A DNA stretch of 62,704 nt, filler included. It is 6 parts of 6 records of this genome, joined end to end, with 100 filler letters (N's around TTAATTAATTAA, not from the genome) between each part and the next. Parts side by side here need not be neighbours in the genome. Positions count along the whole stretch, not along the records: positions 1 to 14,504 come from SRR20825019_1219; 5 more parts are not named here. One strand, 5' to 3'. Every line of letters starts with the position of its first letter. Position 1 is the first letter of the stretch. The notes under the pieces were generated by a model. It made no database searches. It worked only from the letters and a program-made list of their open reading frames with translations, and had not been told where the DNA came from. Position numbers and translations under genes: made by a program. This document shows, in pieces, positions 1 to 13,040 of the stretch.

Positions 1-313
1 AGTTGCGGGTGGTGCATGTGTCGTAGTGGCTGTCTGTGGGCGGGCGAAACTGTTTGTGACGAGTCTCGATAACGATGCGTCCGCGTCACTGAAAGTCATA
101 TTGTATCTGGTTCTGCGGGCACCCTGGATGCCGTTGTTTGTTACATTCGAAGTGATACGTTTGAAGCCACAATTTTCTGACGAAGGGCACATCGAGATGA
201 AATCCGTCTAGACTCGGCTTTTGTTTACCTTGGAGGATGTGAACAAGGATTCTGGCGAATGAATGCGTTTAATTCGAACAACAAATATCCCCTGTGGTCG
301 CCTTCGTTCGTCG

Positions 314-1853
314 CTACTTCTTAGATTTTTTCTGTTTGTTGGCCGATCTTTTGTTTGACCTCTTGGATATTTTCTTGATTGTTTGCTGGAGTGACTTGCT
401 TCTTGTCAAATATCCCATATCTTCTCCTTGAGCTCCTGTCGTACGAAAACCCTTCTTTACATCTTCCTTTTTCAGCGGATTTTCACGTGTTGCAACTAGA
501 GTCGATTCTTCCACTAAAGCTTTCACCTGACCTCTACTTTTAGCAGAGATCGTGGAGGTTGACAATCCAATCGTGCTGGTTTCAGAATTCTTGTTCGCTG
601 CCTCTCCAGGATTGCCTGCATCATACCATAGATACTGACCAAGTCTCTCTTCACCATTGGCCGTGCTTGAGCGGCTGGTCGCAAGGCTGCTATTGCGACC
701 GGCGCCATGTGTGACACAATGTTGCTCTCTTTTGTTGTTGTTGTGATCTACGAGAAGGCCTTTTCTTCGTTTACACAACAAAATGTTCGCCGTTAGTTAG
801 TATACAGAAAGGACCCATAGCAAGCAACAAACGTACTCAGGTTCCTGTACTTTTTTCGACTCCGTATTGTATTTGGTCAATCCGATGAGTTGTGACATTT
901 GACACGTGTTCTTATGACGGACAAAAGTCACCGAAAAAGCCACATGTGTTCATCATTAATTTTACCTTTTGAAGAATATCATTCATGCTTTCAAGGTGGC
1001 CGCTCTGGTATGATTGCATGGATGCCAGTTTTGCCAGTGCTTTTTCGATGAAATCGTCATCCCACTTCCCCTTCTTGTCATTTTTCTTCTTGATGTCCTT
1101 AAGCTCACAAAATAGCTTACAAAATTCACTTTCGAAGAACTCTCGACATGAATCAAGGTTGTTGTTCATGTCTGCTGGGATGAGACCCACTTAGCGGTCA
1201 TCGGTGTAAATCTCACAATATGCACGTACTGCTTTTCTTTGTTTTGGACTTCTTCTCTTCTTCCATGAATTTGTCGGTACGGTCCTTTATCTCACCAACC
1301 ATGGCCTTAAGCTCGTTGATGGACTCGTCTAGGGATGCAATGGCAGTCACACAATTTTGCAGTTGAAAGTGGACTTCCTTCACTGCAGCAGATGACTCCT
1401 TTTGTGACAGAGTGGCGGCCAATGACTGTCGATCATGAGTGCTGAGTCAGGGTCCAGATTCTTTGAAGTAGCAGCAGACGAGCCTGTACCTCATCCTGAG
1501 ACTCCTGCAATGGAACCTGGCCTGTCGGTCCTCCGTAGCTTTGGGAGTATCCTTGGACCTGCACTGCATGATGCTGGACTGCGTCTCCAGGGTGCACTTG
1601 TAGATGACCCTGAGGTGCCGAACACTTCCATATTGGCTGACTTCCACCCGAAGGGGTTTCTTGGAGTTTCTTTTGCGGACCTGCTACCTTCACCCCGCAG
1701 TTATCTCGCTAGTTAGAACTGGCAGCATTGAATACTAAGTTTCTTATTAAAGCATACCGTGCTCCACTGTGGTCGCTTGTTTGCCGTGTTCCCATTGCCG
1801 AAACCCTTGAACCATGCTGGGGTAGGAATACCACCATTGTAACTCTGCATCAT
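314..1853 (-). CDS. Hypothetical multi-exon protein with a coiled-coil-like middle and Lys/Ser-rich C-terminus; 3' end uncertain
   Basis: ATG at 1853 (MMQSYNGGIP). ORF fragments 1433-1693, 1213-1422, 912-1190 and 314-781 join in frame through short GT..AG introns (donors GTATGC, GTACAG, GTACGT, GTAAAA, GTACGT). No family recognised. Confidence 0.55.
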
Positions 1854-2209
1854 TTTGCGTTGGTGTGTGTAAAGAGATAGGACTACTTGCGGTATCTCCT
1901 ATTTTATGTTAATCTCCTATTCACAGCTAATCTGATAGTAAATACCACTCTCTACTTGCCGACGTACCCACACCACGAAAAACATTTATCATGAGTGTGT
2001 TTCCCCGGAAGTATATATAGCTGAGGCTGGGGTTAGCTGGATGAGTGACGCTGTAGAGACCTGGAAGGCACTACACTGGCATAGCGGCGGAGCATTACTC
2101 TTACTCCGGAATTCACGGTGCTACTCCCTGTATCGTTACAGCCACGATGAAGCCTCTGTTAACACTTCTGTCTAGTCGTCTACCCAAATCACTTTTTTTT
2201 TTTCAATTG

Positions 2210-2530
2210 GGTGGGGCCGACTGCGGAAGATTCGCCGCCATGTTCGACACGTGTATACAGCCCGGCCTTTCCAGGCTCCGCGAGACGGTCGTGGCCGGTG
2301 CCCGCCTACGAACTCCCGGAGGCCTGTTGCGTGCGCAACCGTCCCCCGGCGCCCGCCGTCGGCGGGCTGCGGCACACTGCATGGCGATCCCGGTCCGCCG
2401 GGCTCACACGCGCCCGCGGCCGGCGGCCGCGTCCGCCGGTATCCCGCGGGCTGCCCCGCCGCCGCAAGGGCCTGACTGGTGGCTTGAATCAGTGAAGTCC
2501 CGCCTGAGCCCGGACTGGGCTGAGTCAGAC
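2210..2530. promoter_or_regulatory. GC-rich intergenic island, probable bidirectional promoter region
   Basis: Abrupt CCGG/GCGG-rich tract between divergent starts at 1853(-) and 2652(+). Contains TGAGTCAG at 2521. Boundaries approximate. Confidence 0.55.
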
Positions 2531-2651
2531 ATTTTCAGGAAGTTTTTGACTTCATCACTATACATATAATATGCCAAGTTCAAAGACTTAGCTAGTGCCC
2601 GGCAACCAAAGCGGCTTGTATGACTGTTAGGTCATCACCAAAACTTCATAT

Positions 2652-3772
2652 ATGACAGTGTGTGACGAGGGCGCTGACGGCGAGCAATTATTCCGTTTAG
2701 TTTCTTCACACGACTCCGACGAGGAAACGAACACCGCAGTGAGCAGCCTGTTGACCCAACTTCAAAGTATAGGGGCGGCTAATGGCATCGATAAAGTACT
2801 AGACTTACGACATGGAGCATCAAAGTACACAGCGTTGCATAAGGCAGCAGCCGCAGTCAAGGATGCCACATGTTTGACACTGTTGAGGTGGGGAGCAGAT
2901 CCTAATAGCGTCGATGTTCGTGGTCGTGCTCCTTTGCACCACGCCATCCAGGCTTCAGGTGACCGGTCTAAATCGTCAAGAGTGTTGAAAACAGTTGAAG
3001 TTATTATATCGTCGTCAAGATGTGACCCTGATATTAAAGACCTTAACAGCGAAACACCGGCGGCAACAGCATGCACTGTTGGGAACATGGATGTGCTCCT
3101 GGTCCTTGTGGCAACTGGTCGCATCGACATGAACACCCAAGACAAGTATGGGAAAAGGCTGCTTCATCGCACATGCCAACTACCTACTGCAGAGGGGTCT
3201 AAGTTAGTGCGGATGTTGCTCGAAACGTATAATCTTGACCCAAACAGACGTGATGTTCTTGGCAGGACCCCGTTGCATATTGCTGCAGCCAACAAGAATA
3301 CAGCTGCTGTTATCAGTTTACTTAACCATGGAGCACAAGCTATGATATCGGACAACAAGGGCCTTACGGCATTGGACGTTGCTGGGTGTCGTGAGGTTGT
3401 TGAAGTACTCCGGGATAACCTTAATATTGGGGACGAGAGTTCGTCTCCAGTGTTCCTCTTACCAAGCGTAAGGAAAGCATCAAGTGACCGCACTGGTGGA
3501 GAAATCCCTATGATGCAAGAAACTATTATAGAACTTGGTGACGCAGGAAACGAAGCGCATGCGTTGCTTGCTCACGTAGACTCGCTCCAAGGTCCGCAAG
3601 ATCCTGTGCAAAGGCTGAAAATGCAGCTCATGAGGTAAGCACCTGAAAATTCGCTAGGTTTGAGTTCGGCCTAACTTCGTCTCGCTGTAGATTTGCTCGA
3701 GGAAATCCGAAATGGATGTCAGCAGCCGCAGTGGCATTTGTTGTACTGACCATACTGTTCCTAGCAATGTGA
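2652..3772 (+). CDS. Ankyrin-repeat protein with C-terminal transmembrane tail anchor (2 exons)
   Basis: Ankyrin motifs YTALHKAA, GRAPLHHA, GRTPLHIAA, GLTALDVA. Intron 3635-3690 (GTAAGC..CTAAC..TAG) gives terminal exon RFARGNPKWMSAAAVAFVVLTILFLAM-stop. Confidence 0.85.
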
Positions 3773-3805
3773 AGTATCAACTTGGTCATGGGAAGGATGA
3801 GAAAC

Positions 3806-5566
3806 TCAACCATAATCCGCATCCTCGTCGTCATATATCATAGAATGCCCGTCGATTTCGTTGTCCTGGGCGGCGGAAAGCTCCGGTGACTGTATGTCCC
3901 ATGAACTGGGAACAGTTTCCTTCAGCTTCATGTTCTGAATGACAGGGTCAGAATGAGTGCACATCGCGGCAGCTTGACGTATACCTGTTTGCGGCGAATC
4001 ACTTCAAGCATTGACTTTGAGCTCCAGCTGGTGGACTGGCACCGGTTGAAGGCGTCCCACAGGTTACGACTTTGGTTCTCCCCCTTGCTGTAAATGGGCT
4101 GACCAGCGAATCCTCCGGCCAAGGCTTCGACGATGGTAGAGTGTAACGCAGCAAGACTGCGATCGACATTGGTGTTGTTCACGACAGGAATCTTGAGGAA
4201 AGTTAGTCTAAAAGAAGTTAACCCGCGACTCCATGTGCACATACTGCATGACGGGTTGCGGATTTGACAAGGTGGTCATTAATCATGCGAATATTCTTAA
4301 AGTACCGAATGTACTTGTTGCATGATGGATCTGTGAATGCTTCTGCTCTAGTACTAAACCTTTCCTTGTGTTTCACTTCATTGCTGATTGAGATTACAAA
4401 CGGCAGGCAAAAGGCGTGCCGTTCCATCAGTTCAATCATATATGGTGTATTTAGGTGAACTCCCTGACAGTGGTCAGCACACAGTCAAAGCTACGGACTG
4501 CGGTCAGATGTACCTCCACAATGATGCATTCGTTCCGCATGAGATAGCCATCCACAAGCCCCATAACATCATCCATTACCAATGCGGACTGCAGCGCATG
4601 CCCTTCCAACACCTCGCACAAATATCACTTCATGTCCTTGTAAGAGGAGGATGTCCTTACCCTCTCGTTTTCGTCTCCTGCACCAGACGGCTCGTCCAAA
4701 TGTTGGTATGCATTGTATGTTGAGGCAAATAAAACCTTATTGTCTTCCTCCTTGCACAGAGACCTTCTAACATGGCGAACGGAGTCAGTTGAAAGGACAG
4801 TGGAAATTCCCAGCCTGCAGAATAGCATGAGAGATCTTGTCAAATGATGTACAGAAGACAAAACCTGCTCGCGAGAAAATTTGCAAGCGTTGACTTTCCA
4901 CAGCCTGTTGTTCCACTGAGTAATATTGCTACACCGGTGAACCTTGCCTACGAGTGCCAAGATAAGGATCTGAAGAGCAGTTCCCATGAATTAGGACCCC
5001 TTACGTTAACTGAGCATGCAACCTCGAAGTCAAGAAGATCGTCGGCGATATTGTGTACCTCATAGTCACGAAGGTCATCGATGGCAAGGCGAACAAGACT
5101 GCTCAGTTGATGGGGACTGACTGTGCACACAGAAGCTCCAGCACCAATACCACAGGCCTCCTCCAATATGGAGAAAACCTTGTCAACCATATACTTCGCC
5201 TTCAATATCTTCCATCCTGAAAAACGAAAGATATCATTCAGTCGTTCCCTAAGGCGTAAAGGTCAACTGCTGGTGCACATAAATCACGCGGTGGAACCTA
5301 CCGAGATATTGCAAGAAAGTCCGACGGCGGCGCTTCGCATTTCGTTTTGCTAGCTTGTAAGCTCTCTACGATCTAGAAGCGCTTAATAAAGCTGTTGGTA
5401 TACATATTGGAGAAATAAAAACCTGTGCAACGGCAACTATATTCAGTCGCGCAGTTTCCCGGGACCTTTGGGTGCGTTGCCAGCGATCTTCTGTCGATTG
5501 TGTCTGTTGCGTAACATATATGGTTTGCAGCCCTCCATCTGTCATACTAGCTTCTTCCCCTAGCAT
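3806..5566 (-). CDS. LPA1-like P-loop NTPase (2-phosphoglycerate-kinase-related), multi-exon; start may be 5545
   Basis: Spliced product has Walker A ILLSGTTGCGKST, then LGISTVLSTDSVRH, KHKERFSTRA, NKYIRYFKNIRMINDHL and IPVVNNTNVDRSLAALH. These match the plant LPA1 family motifs as I recall them. Confidence 0.85.
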
Positions 5567-5699
5567 GAGACCATAATATGCACACTTCAAAACCAATATC
5601 CTTTGTGTTCGGCCACCTACTATCAGGATAGGCTTATTATATTATAACTTATTTAAGCAAGGACGTTTTTGCTCACCCGTCCTTGTGGAGTAAACTTGC

Positions 5700-6125
5700 C
5701 GGCTATCCAAGGCAGGCTGCGCTCACAGGCTCGAACCATTGCTGGGGGCCGCGCGGCGGCCAAAAGAGTAACACCGGCCCGGCTGGGCGCGACCGGCCGA
5801 CCGGCGGGCTCCGACAGTGTGCAGCCGCGCGGCGGGCGGCGGGCCGGCGGCGCGCACCCCACCGTCACCGGGCCGGGCTCAGCAGTCAGAGTGCTGCCAC
5901 TCGGTCCCGCCCGGACCATACCGGCGCGACCGGTCACCTGACCCGCCTGACCGTGCCATTGTCGCTCGTCGCTGTCGCGGGCCATCATGATGGCGGCCTC
6001 CGCGGATACCGTCGTCCGGCGGCAGTCCGTCGCTACCCGGGCCCGGCCACCGGCGGCCGGGCGGGCGTCCGCGGCTCCCACCCGCCGCCGGCGCTCGCCG
6101 CCGGGCCGGGGGCCCAACGGAGTAG
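5700..6125. promoter_or_regulatory. GC-rich intergenic island between divergent genes
   Basis: CCGG-dense tract between the LPA1-like start (-) and the lipase start (+). Boundaries approximate. Confidence 0.55.
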
Positions 6126-6466
6126 CGATATCTTTTTTTAATCCAGTTCAGGGAAGGTCTTATAGTATTACGGTGGTAATCACGAAACCTGAAAGAAAGG
6201 GCGCAAGTCTGGCGAGACCAAGGTAAGGGGTTTTGGTTTCTAGTTTCAATCGCATCGTTCGGGCATATCCTATGGGTTCTGTGAAACCTTTGCGAAAGTA
6301 GGCAGTCCTCCTTTCTTTCGCGTGGAAATGCCCTACATTAATATAGCTGAGATACCCTGTGCTTCTGAGCTGAGGAGTTGCAGACACAAACACGCTGTAC
6401 ATATTATTTCATAGTGTTGGTGCGGAAGTGGTTCCTTGGTCTAATTTGTGAAAACTAGAACCGCAT

Positions 6467-8633
6467 ATGCAGTCTTTGAAGTCAAGTTTGACGGGTGCTG
6501 AGGCCTCTCCGCAAAAGCTCAGTGATGCCGGCACCGACTACTCCACCGATGGCTCCACGGCTGAGAGTAGGCCAGGTGTTCGACGAAGGTCGTCGTCTGT
6601 ACTTAGTGCCACCAAGGTAAGTCCATGCTCGCCATGAAGAGACGATAGGTGCTAATATTCACACAGAAAGTAATCGAGAAAACGGGATACACTGTCAGTT
6701 CCTCAAACGACCGTGAAATTTGGGGCGAAATTATGGAGATTGTGAAAGTTATAGCTGGAGGAACCGAAAAGGATGTCAATTTCCTAGATTGTATTTTCTG
6801 CTTAAAGAAACTAGCAGGTTGGTTGAGTGGTGATGATTTGAGAACGGAATGCTGAGTGGAAATGAACATCAGACAAGGGAACTAGGGCACCCCAAGGCCT
6901 ACCTATCCAACTATCAGCGGTGAGGGGTTATGGTTTTGAAGATATGGAATTCTAACGTGCTATTATTGAATTTTCAGTCTTCATTGAAGCGGGCGTTAGC
7001 GTATTGTGGACATGCGACCGCGGTGTATGGTGCTCTCATTGTCGCGACGGTAGTGAACAAATCCAAATCTACAAGATTGCTTAAAGTCGCATTAACAAAC
7101 CCGAGAAAGGTTGGTTTATTGGTTGCATATTATGTGCAGCACTTGCTCACGTGTTCTCCTGTTTCATGCAGGCAAACGTGCAAGCTTTCTCTGCGTATCT
7201 AAACTTGCCCGCAACGAATCTCAAGCATGCAGTGTGGAAGTCTGCAGATAGATTTCATGCAGGGTATTATGTAGCATTTGATGATGACGATCAGGCCCTT
7301 GTTGTTGCGGTGAGAGGATCATTTTCATTCAAGGATTGGGAAACAGATTTCATTGCGAAACCTGCTCCTTTTCTGGTGGGACTATCGTCTTCTGTGCGCG
7401 AGGTGTACGTGTCTTATCCAGACCACAGGATGGTTATGCTCATGAGGGAATGTTACGAGCGGCACAGATTTTGCACTTCAACTTGGTGGATCTTATCGAG
7501 AGTTTGCGAAAGGTTCTTAAATCACTTGTACTACTTGTGATTGCGCTGATTCTTCAATACAGGAAAAACCAGATTATCGACTTGTTGTGACGGGCCATTC
7601 CTATGGTGCAGGCGTAGCCCAGTTGCTAACATTCATGCTGAGAGAGGGTGAGATGACCTTGACGGCTTACTACGGAGACCAGCTCACCGACAATCATCAG
7701 AGTATCCCGAAGTGCAATGCTTTTCATTCGCTTCCCCAGCTTGTATGAACGTTACTCTGGCGTCTCGGGGACACGACTTCATTCAGTCCTATATTCTTGA
7801 GTACGACGTGGTTCCCCGACTTTCTGTCCACAACATCTACAAGCTGCGAGACGAAATTATTGATATGGCCCAGCAAAAGAAAATGAAGAGGTGGGATGGA
7901 CTGTGGATATGTACATAAGATACGCTTGTGACATTTACACTGAAATAGGGAACGAAAGAAAGAGGAAAAGCGCGAGGCGAAGAAACTGAAGAAACTAAAG
8001 AAAAAGGATGACAAGAAAAGGACATGTGCATCCTTGTTCAATGGTAGAAGGGGCTCCGGAGAGACCAAGATTGGCGAAGATCAGGTTGAACGGAACGATG
8101 GTGATTCGGATGATGATACGGTAACTTGGAATCGCACTCTACGAGAAACTCCAGATAACACCACCGCCGCTGATGGAGCCGGGAGTACACATGGCGAGGG
8201 TCAAAGCGAACGGACGAGTACTGAACCAAGATCTCCCGACAAGCCTCGGAGAAATACTGAAGAGTTCACAGCTGAGGTGTGATGTGGTTGAGGGGCATCG
8301 TACGAGACTTTGACGCTGACCTTCTGCTTTTAGGACATGCAGCTCTATCCTGGTGGGCACATCCACATTTTGTGCTCTGAGAAGTGGCAATCTTCCAACC
8401 TTGATCCCCATTTGCTGCATGGAAATATTGACGTTGTGAGAGAGTACTTATCTCACATTAGTATCAATCGCCGATTGTTTGCGCATCATCAGCAGTGCCT
8501 CTATGACAAGATCCTGAGAATGGTTGTTCATCAGCTTGATCCTTCCCTGCAAGAACATCCCCGATATGGAAAAAAAGCTATTCTTGGAGCCGGCCCCGAA
8601 TCTGTGGCAGAGGAGACCGCTCTGAACAGCTAG
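6467..8633 (+). CDS. Lipase class 3 / diacylglycerol-lipase-like alpha/beta hydrolase, multi-exon
   Basis: YYVAFDDDDQALVVAVRGSFSFKDWETD, DGYAHEGMLRAA, nucleophile elbow VTGHSYGAG (~7587-7613), CFSFASP, YDVVPRLS and LYPGGHIH. Short GT-AG introns join the ORF fragments. Confidence 0.85.
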
Positions 8634-8678
8634 AAAGGACAGTGGAAGCATCGTCGCCGTGATCTTTTATGTGCGTGG

Positions 8679-9429
8679 TTAGTAGCCGAGGGCTTCAGCC
8701 TTAGCGCGCACTTCGTCCGAGTCCACCACAAGTACACCTCCCTTCCATGCATTGCACTCCATGCCAATGCGTTTGTTCTTTTCATATTCGGCCTCCACTT
8801 CGGCCTCCCCGCCCTTCCATCCCTTGTAAGCCTCAAGGCTTTGTCTTCCCATAACACGCTGTGTTTTGATACGTAGGTCCAGAGGAGTCTACACAAACGT
8901 TGGTTTTTGTCGTTATTCAGATTCCGTAGTGCTTACCCAGTCTGGCAAGTAGCTCTTCACAATTGGCGCCCAATTTCCGATGCCGTGTTCGGCGATTCCC
9001 TGTTGATTTCGTGAGGCAATGGCGTAAGTAGCGGCACAGCTAGGTAAACCTTAATGAGTTGCGTACGCTCGTTGTCCCCCCATTTCTTTTCCTTGTGAAC
9101 AATCCTCGTCGGTTTGAAGTAGCTGCGCGAACGTAAGCGGATAAAAATAGTGAAATGAACGTAGTCCCGTACGATGGATCGATGTCTCCACTGGGCAGAA
9201 GCATTTCCGGCTTGTAACTCTTAGTGAACTTAAGTCTCATTTGACGAGCCCACTCGTCCCGGGGATTGCTGTGCACATAACTGGAAGCGTCGGGCGCGTC
9301 ATCTTCTGCTGCCTCCTCGGTCTTCTGGCGCTTCGACCTTTGGGGGCTCTGTACGAACGTCAGCCACTTGAACAGTCAGTGTGATAGAGACTGAGTTACA
9401 CGTACGTCGGTTACCGCAGTAGTCATCAT
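8679..9429 (-). CDS. Small SANT/Myb-like domain protein, multi-exon
   Basis: Spliced product includes GIAEHGIGNWAPIVKSYLPDW and LDLRIKTQRVMGRQSLEAYKGWKG, ending WKGGVLV..ALGY-stop. The G-x-G-N-W pattern is SANT-like. Confidence 0.65.
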
Positions 9430-9499
9430 ATTCGGCCGTCACGAGTTAGTGTTTATCTTGCCCGTTGTATTGCCCCTTAAAAATAAGTTCAACGTGGAC

Positions 9500-10290
9500 A
9501 GCGTATGTCACCGACGGCCACTGATCCACAACGAGTCGCGGTCATTCGTTCGGTGTCCTGTCGCGGCGACCGGCTGTCTAAGCGCGAGAGGCGCTGTGAG
9601 ATGACCGCCAGGTTTCGGGCTGCAAACACTGCCAAAGGAAGAGGATGCGGACCTGCGGGGGCTCCTAGTATCTGGCCCGGCCACCCGATGGAGCACCCGG
9701 AGGCCGGCTGCCCGGCGCTATTCATTGATCCCGGGGCGCCACCGAGGCATCTTGGATCATGATGGTGCACTCCGGCCGGGCCCAGTCGGGGTCACGCCCC
9801 GCGGCGAGAGGCTGACCGAGCCTCCTGACAGGGGGCCGGATGGACCGGATTTGGCGCCAACTGAACCCTCCCACTAGAGTCATCACAGCGCGCCTTGGGT
9901 GAGTGAGTTCAACCGGAGGCTCGACTCACTTGAAGGGCTGGCAAAAGCCTGATTTTGGCGGGAGGATACGCAGAATACGATGAGACTTTGGACGGGCCCT
10001 GTCTGACAGCCCGGCGGGGGCGGGGTGCTGGAGCTGGGCGCCCGGCCCCTCCGCGGGCCGCCCGTCAGTGCCGAGCGGCCGCGCACCGGCGGGCGGAGCC
10101 GACGCGGGCTGTCCGTGAGCCGAGGTGGCCCGGCCGCCCGGCCGGCCGGCGCCCCCCCCGAGATCCATGAGGGTTAGGGGTCCTGTCCGGCAGCGGCCAT
10201 GCGGCTCCCTCACACGGTTCCTACGCATCTCAACGCTCCGACGGCGCTGGACTGCAGTGGCCACTGGCACCGAGCCGTACTAATCCTCAA
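9500..10290. promoter_or_regulatory. GC-rich intergenic island between divergent genes
   Basis: GC/CCGG-rich tract between the SANT-like start (-) and the PrimPol start (+). Boundaries approximate. Confidence 0.55.
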
Positions 10291-10510
10291 AAGAACCGCC
10301 GACCAGGGCTTCAGCATGAGTTGACTGACTCGCTTTGTTCGGCAGCGGGCACGTTACTCAACTCCCACAGTTCGCCAGTTTGCCATGGCGAGCGGCCCAT
10401 CTCCGCCGTACTTATATGCAGTGTGCATGCCCCTCTCAAGAACACATAAGGTGCCTAACGCCAGTTGGCATGCATAGTGCTGTAGGGGTGTCGCAGTGCT
10501 TTTGACCGTT

Positions 10511-12387
10511 ATGTCTTCGACCAAGCAAAGCTTACTCGAACTTCCGCCCGATGCCTTCTACGCTAAGAGAAGATCTGACACTATTGGTAGGCGAACTACG
10601 TCGCTTTATGGCAATTTCTAACTTGGTATCTTAGGTCCATACTATGATATGCGTTATGAGGCTCACCGGCAACATGCCATTAAGCGAGTGAAGATGTTCA
10701 GAAAAAAGGACTTGTTCAAGCTCCTTCCACTCCAAAAAATGGCTTTTGAATGCGCAAACACTGCATACAAAATCGCAGACAAGTATGATCCTTCGTTTTA
10801 TAATGTATTCTCCGTTCAAGATCATTGCCTCAACGGTCAACGCAAGTTTTTTGTGTGTACATATGAAAAGCTCTGGAATAGGGTCGTGAACACACCTGAG
10901 GACATGAGGCATTTTTATGAAGTAATTCGAGAAGGCGTTGCATGTCATCTCTATCTTGATGTAGAGTTCAAAACCAAGAATAATTCAGAGTTGGATGGAA
11001 ATATTGCCATGGTGAAATTACGAAAATTCCTTGTCGGAGAGCTTAGGAAGAACTTCAGAGTAGTCGTATCAGAGTAAGGATTGGTTCACATGTCCCAAAG
11101 GGAGGTCAGCTATTGACAGTACTTTCCAGCGATGATATCATTGAGCTAGACTCAACTACGAATAGCAAATTCTCGCGCCATTTGATATTCAACATTCCAA
11201 ATGGTAGAGTCCTTGCTATTCAGCATAATCAAGGCTGACTTCCTTATAGTAGCATTTGCGGAGAACGTCCAAATGGGTTACTTTGTTAAGCGATGCGTAG
11301 AAGTATGGAGGGCAGCTATGGATGCAGGTGATGACGAAGCAAAAATGCTCTTTGCTCGAGATGATCACGGTGAATTGCTGCCAATCATTGATGTTGGTGT
11401 CTACACTCGAAATCGCACGTTTCGATTGATGTTGTCGTCAAAGTTCGGCAAGACTGCCACACTGACACCTGTCGGTTTGACCAAAGAGAAATGGAAAAAT
11501 AGGGAGAAGGACCTTTTTATGGCATCGTTGGTTTGCAATGTTACGTCGACAAGGCCACGTATTCTTTATGTTAGCTTCGCCGGCGGTGCTGATAGTTCCA
11601 CCCGTACAAAAAGGAAACTTGAGCAAATGTCTGGGGACCAGAAAGCCTCTCGGTATTTGGCGGAGGAGTCCCCATTTCCTGCTGTCGACAAGGGGCTTAT
11701 TGACGTTTTGGGCAAAGAAGTGTATATTCGCTCATGGGTTCACTTTCCAAATACCAAGCAGATGATATACAATGTTGGGGGAACAAGGTATTGCGCCAAT
11801 GTGAAGAGAGAGCACAAGGTAATATTCACGTCATTGGAGGGTTTTCCTGTTTCGAAGAGGACTCACTTCCTCTGCAGTCTAATAATGTCTATATGGTAGT
11901 GAATCTTTTGGAAGGTACTATGCGGCAGAAGTGCTACGATCCTGACTGTCGTCATTTTGCTTCAGACGTAATGGTTTTGCCGAAGGAGCCTATCGCAGAA
12001 GCCGCTGACTTAGACAATGATGATATATATAACAATGCAGATTTTTTGGAGGCAGTTGAGGCTGCCATTCAAGAGAGGAGCAAAAACTTAGATGAAAGCA
12101 CCGATGGGGCGAATAGTGAGGAATTAGAAGTTTTCGATGAAGATTTCTTCCGCGAAGTTGATGAAGCTGTGTTTGATACTTTGTGTGCAAAGGCTGTCGA
12201 AAAGGCCGAGAAATTGGTTTCCATGGTCGACGAAAGCAATAATACAGGCCACGAGGATTTAGACCATTCAGTAGAGCTCATTGACAACGCTGTGTTGGAT
12301 CAAGATGAAAGTGAAAACCCTGAAAAGAAGACTCAAAGATTTTTAGATGAGATGAAATCAGTGTTTGGAGCTGCTGGGGTGTTGTGA
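10511..12387 (+). CDS. PRIMPOL: DNA-directed primase/polymerase PrimPol (AEP superfamily), multi-exon
   Basis: Motif I HFYEVIREGVACHLYLDVEF (DxE), motif II SKFSRHLIF, motif III IIDVGVYTRNRTFRLMLSSK. UL52-type zinc finger RYCANVKREHK|SNN..QKCYDPDC spans intron 11819-11877. Confidence 0.93.
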
Positions 12388-12629
12388 ACTCGTGCTTTAC
12401 TCTAGTGGAGGCTGGTGTCGCTAGGTGCCAGTTACCCGAAGGGGTCTCTTATTAGGGTGTAGGGGGCATGTCAGTCAGTCAAACCCGTCCGATCGGACTT
12501 CACTGTTTCTTCAGGCACTTGGTGTCTTGCATCAGTAATTTTTCTCCCGTGATTGGGAACTTTACCATAAACTTTCCCCTTACAAGGATTATTCGTTATA
12601 TGAAGATCTGGATGTAGAATTAATCATCC

Positions 12630-12860
12630 CCCCTACGCGGGCCCGCGGGTGCGGCTCGGGGGCCGGCGCCGCCGGCGCCGCCCGGCGCTTGCGGTCGCGC
12701 CCGGCGGGGGGCGGCGCCGCGCGCCCCACCGGGCGCAAACATGATTCACCCGCGCCGCCAGGCCAGCCGGACGGCCCGCCGCGCTGCCCCCCAGTTGGGT
12801 TGGGTGACCGACCGTTCAGTGCCCACTTTGCTGGGTCTGGCGGGCCCGCGTCAGTGCGTT
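12630..12860. promoter_or_regulatory. GC-rich island upstream of a tandem (+) gene
   Basis: Near-pure G/C tract with tandem GCCGGCGCC units between the PrimPol stop and the ATG at 13041. Confidence 0.5.
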
Positions 12861-13040
12861 ACCGATGGAGGGGATCTGTTGCTTACCAGATGTTCTGGCC
12901 AGCTGAACATGCCGAAAGGCGAAGGACTGGCAAGGTTTCTGGCTGTCAGCTGTGGTGGGAAGAAATTGCGAGCAAAGGCGTTCGCAACGTATATTATTGC
13001 AACTTCTGAGGGATCTAACGTAAGCGAGGCCATATCAAGG

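Noticed and set aside
1435-1716. Plus-strand 93-aa ORF
   Set aside because: Antisense to an exon of the spliced minus-strand gene, with no recognisable motif.
5715-5790. GGTTCGAGCC on the minus strand resembling a tRNA T-loop
   Set aside because: The T-stem pairs poorly and no acceptor, D or anticodon arms can be folded.
3806-12387. Fragmented ORFs suggesting stop-codon reassignment, frameshifting or pseudogenes
   Set aside because: Each break I examined is resolved by a canonical ~50-60 nt GT-AG intron that restores the frame and conserved motifs.
12741-13040. N-terminal 100 aa of the 603-aa ORF
   Set aside because: Runs through the GC island. The signal-peptide-bearing ATG at 13041 is the more plausible start.
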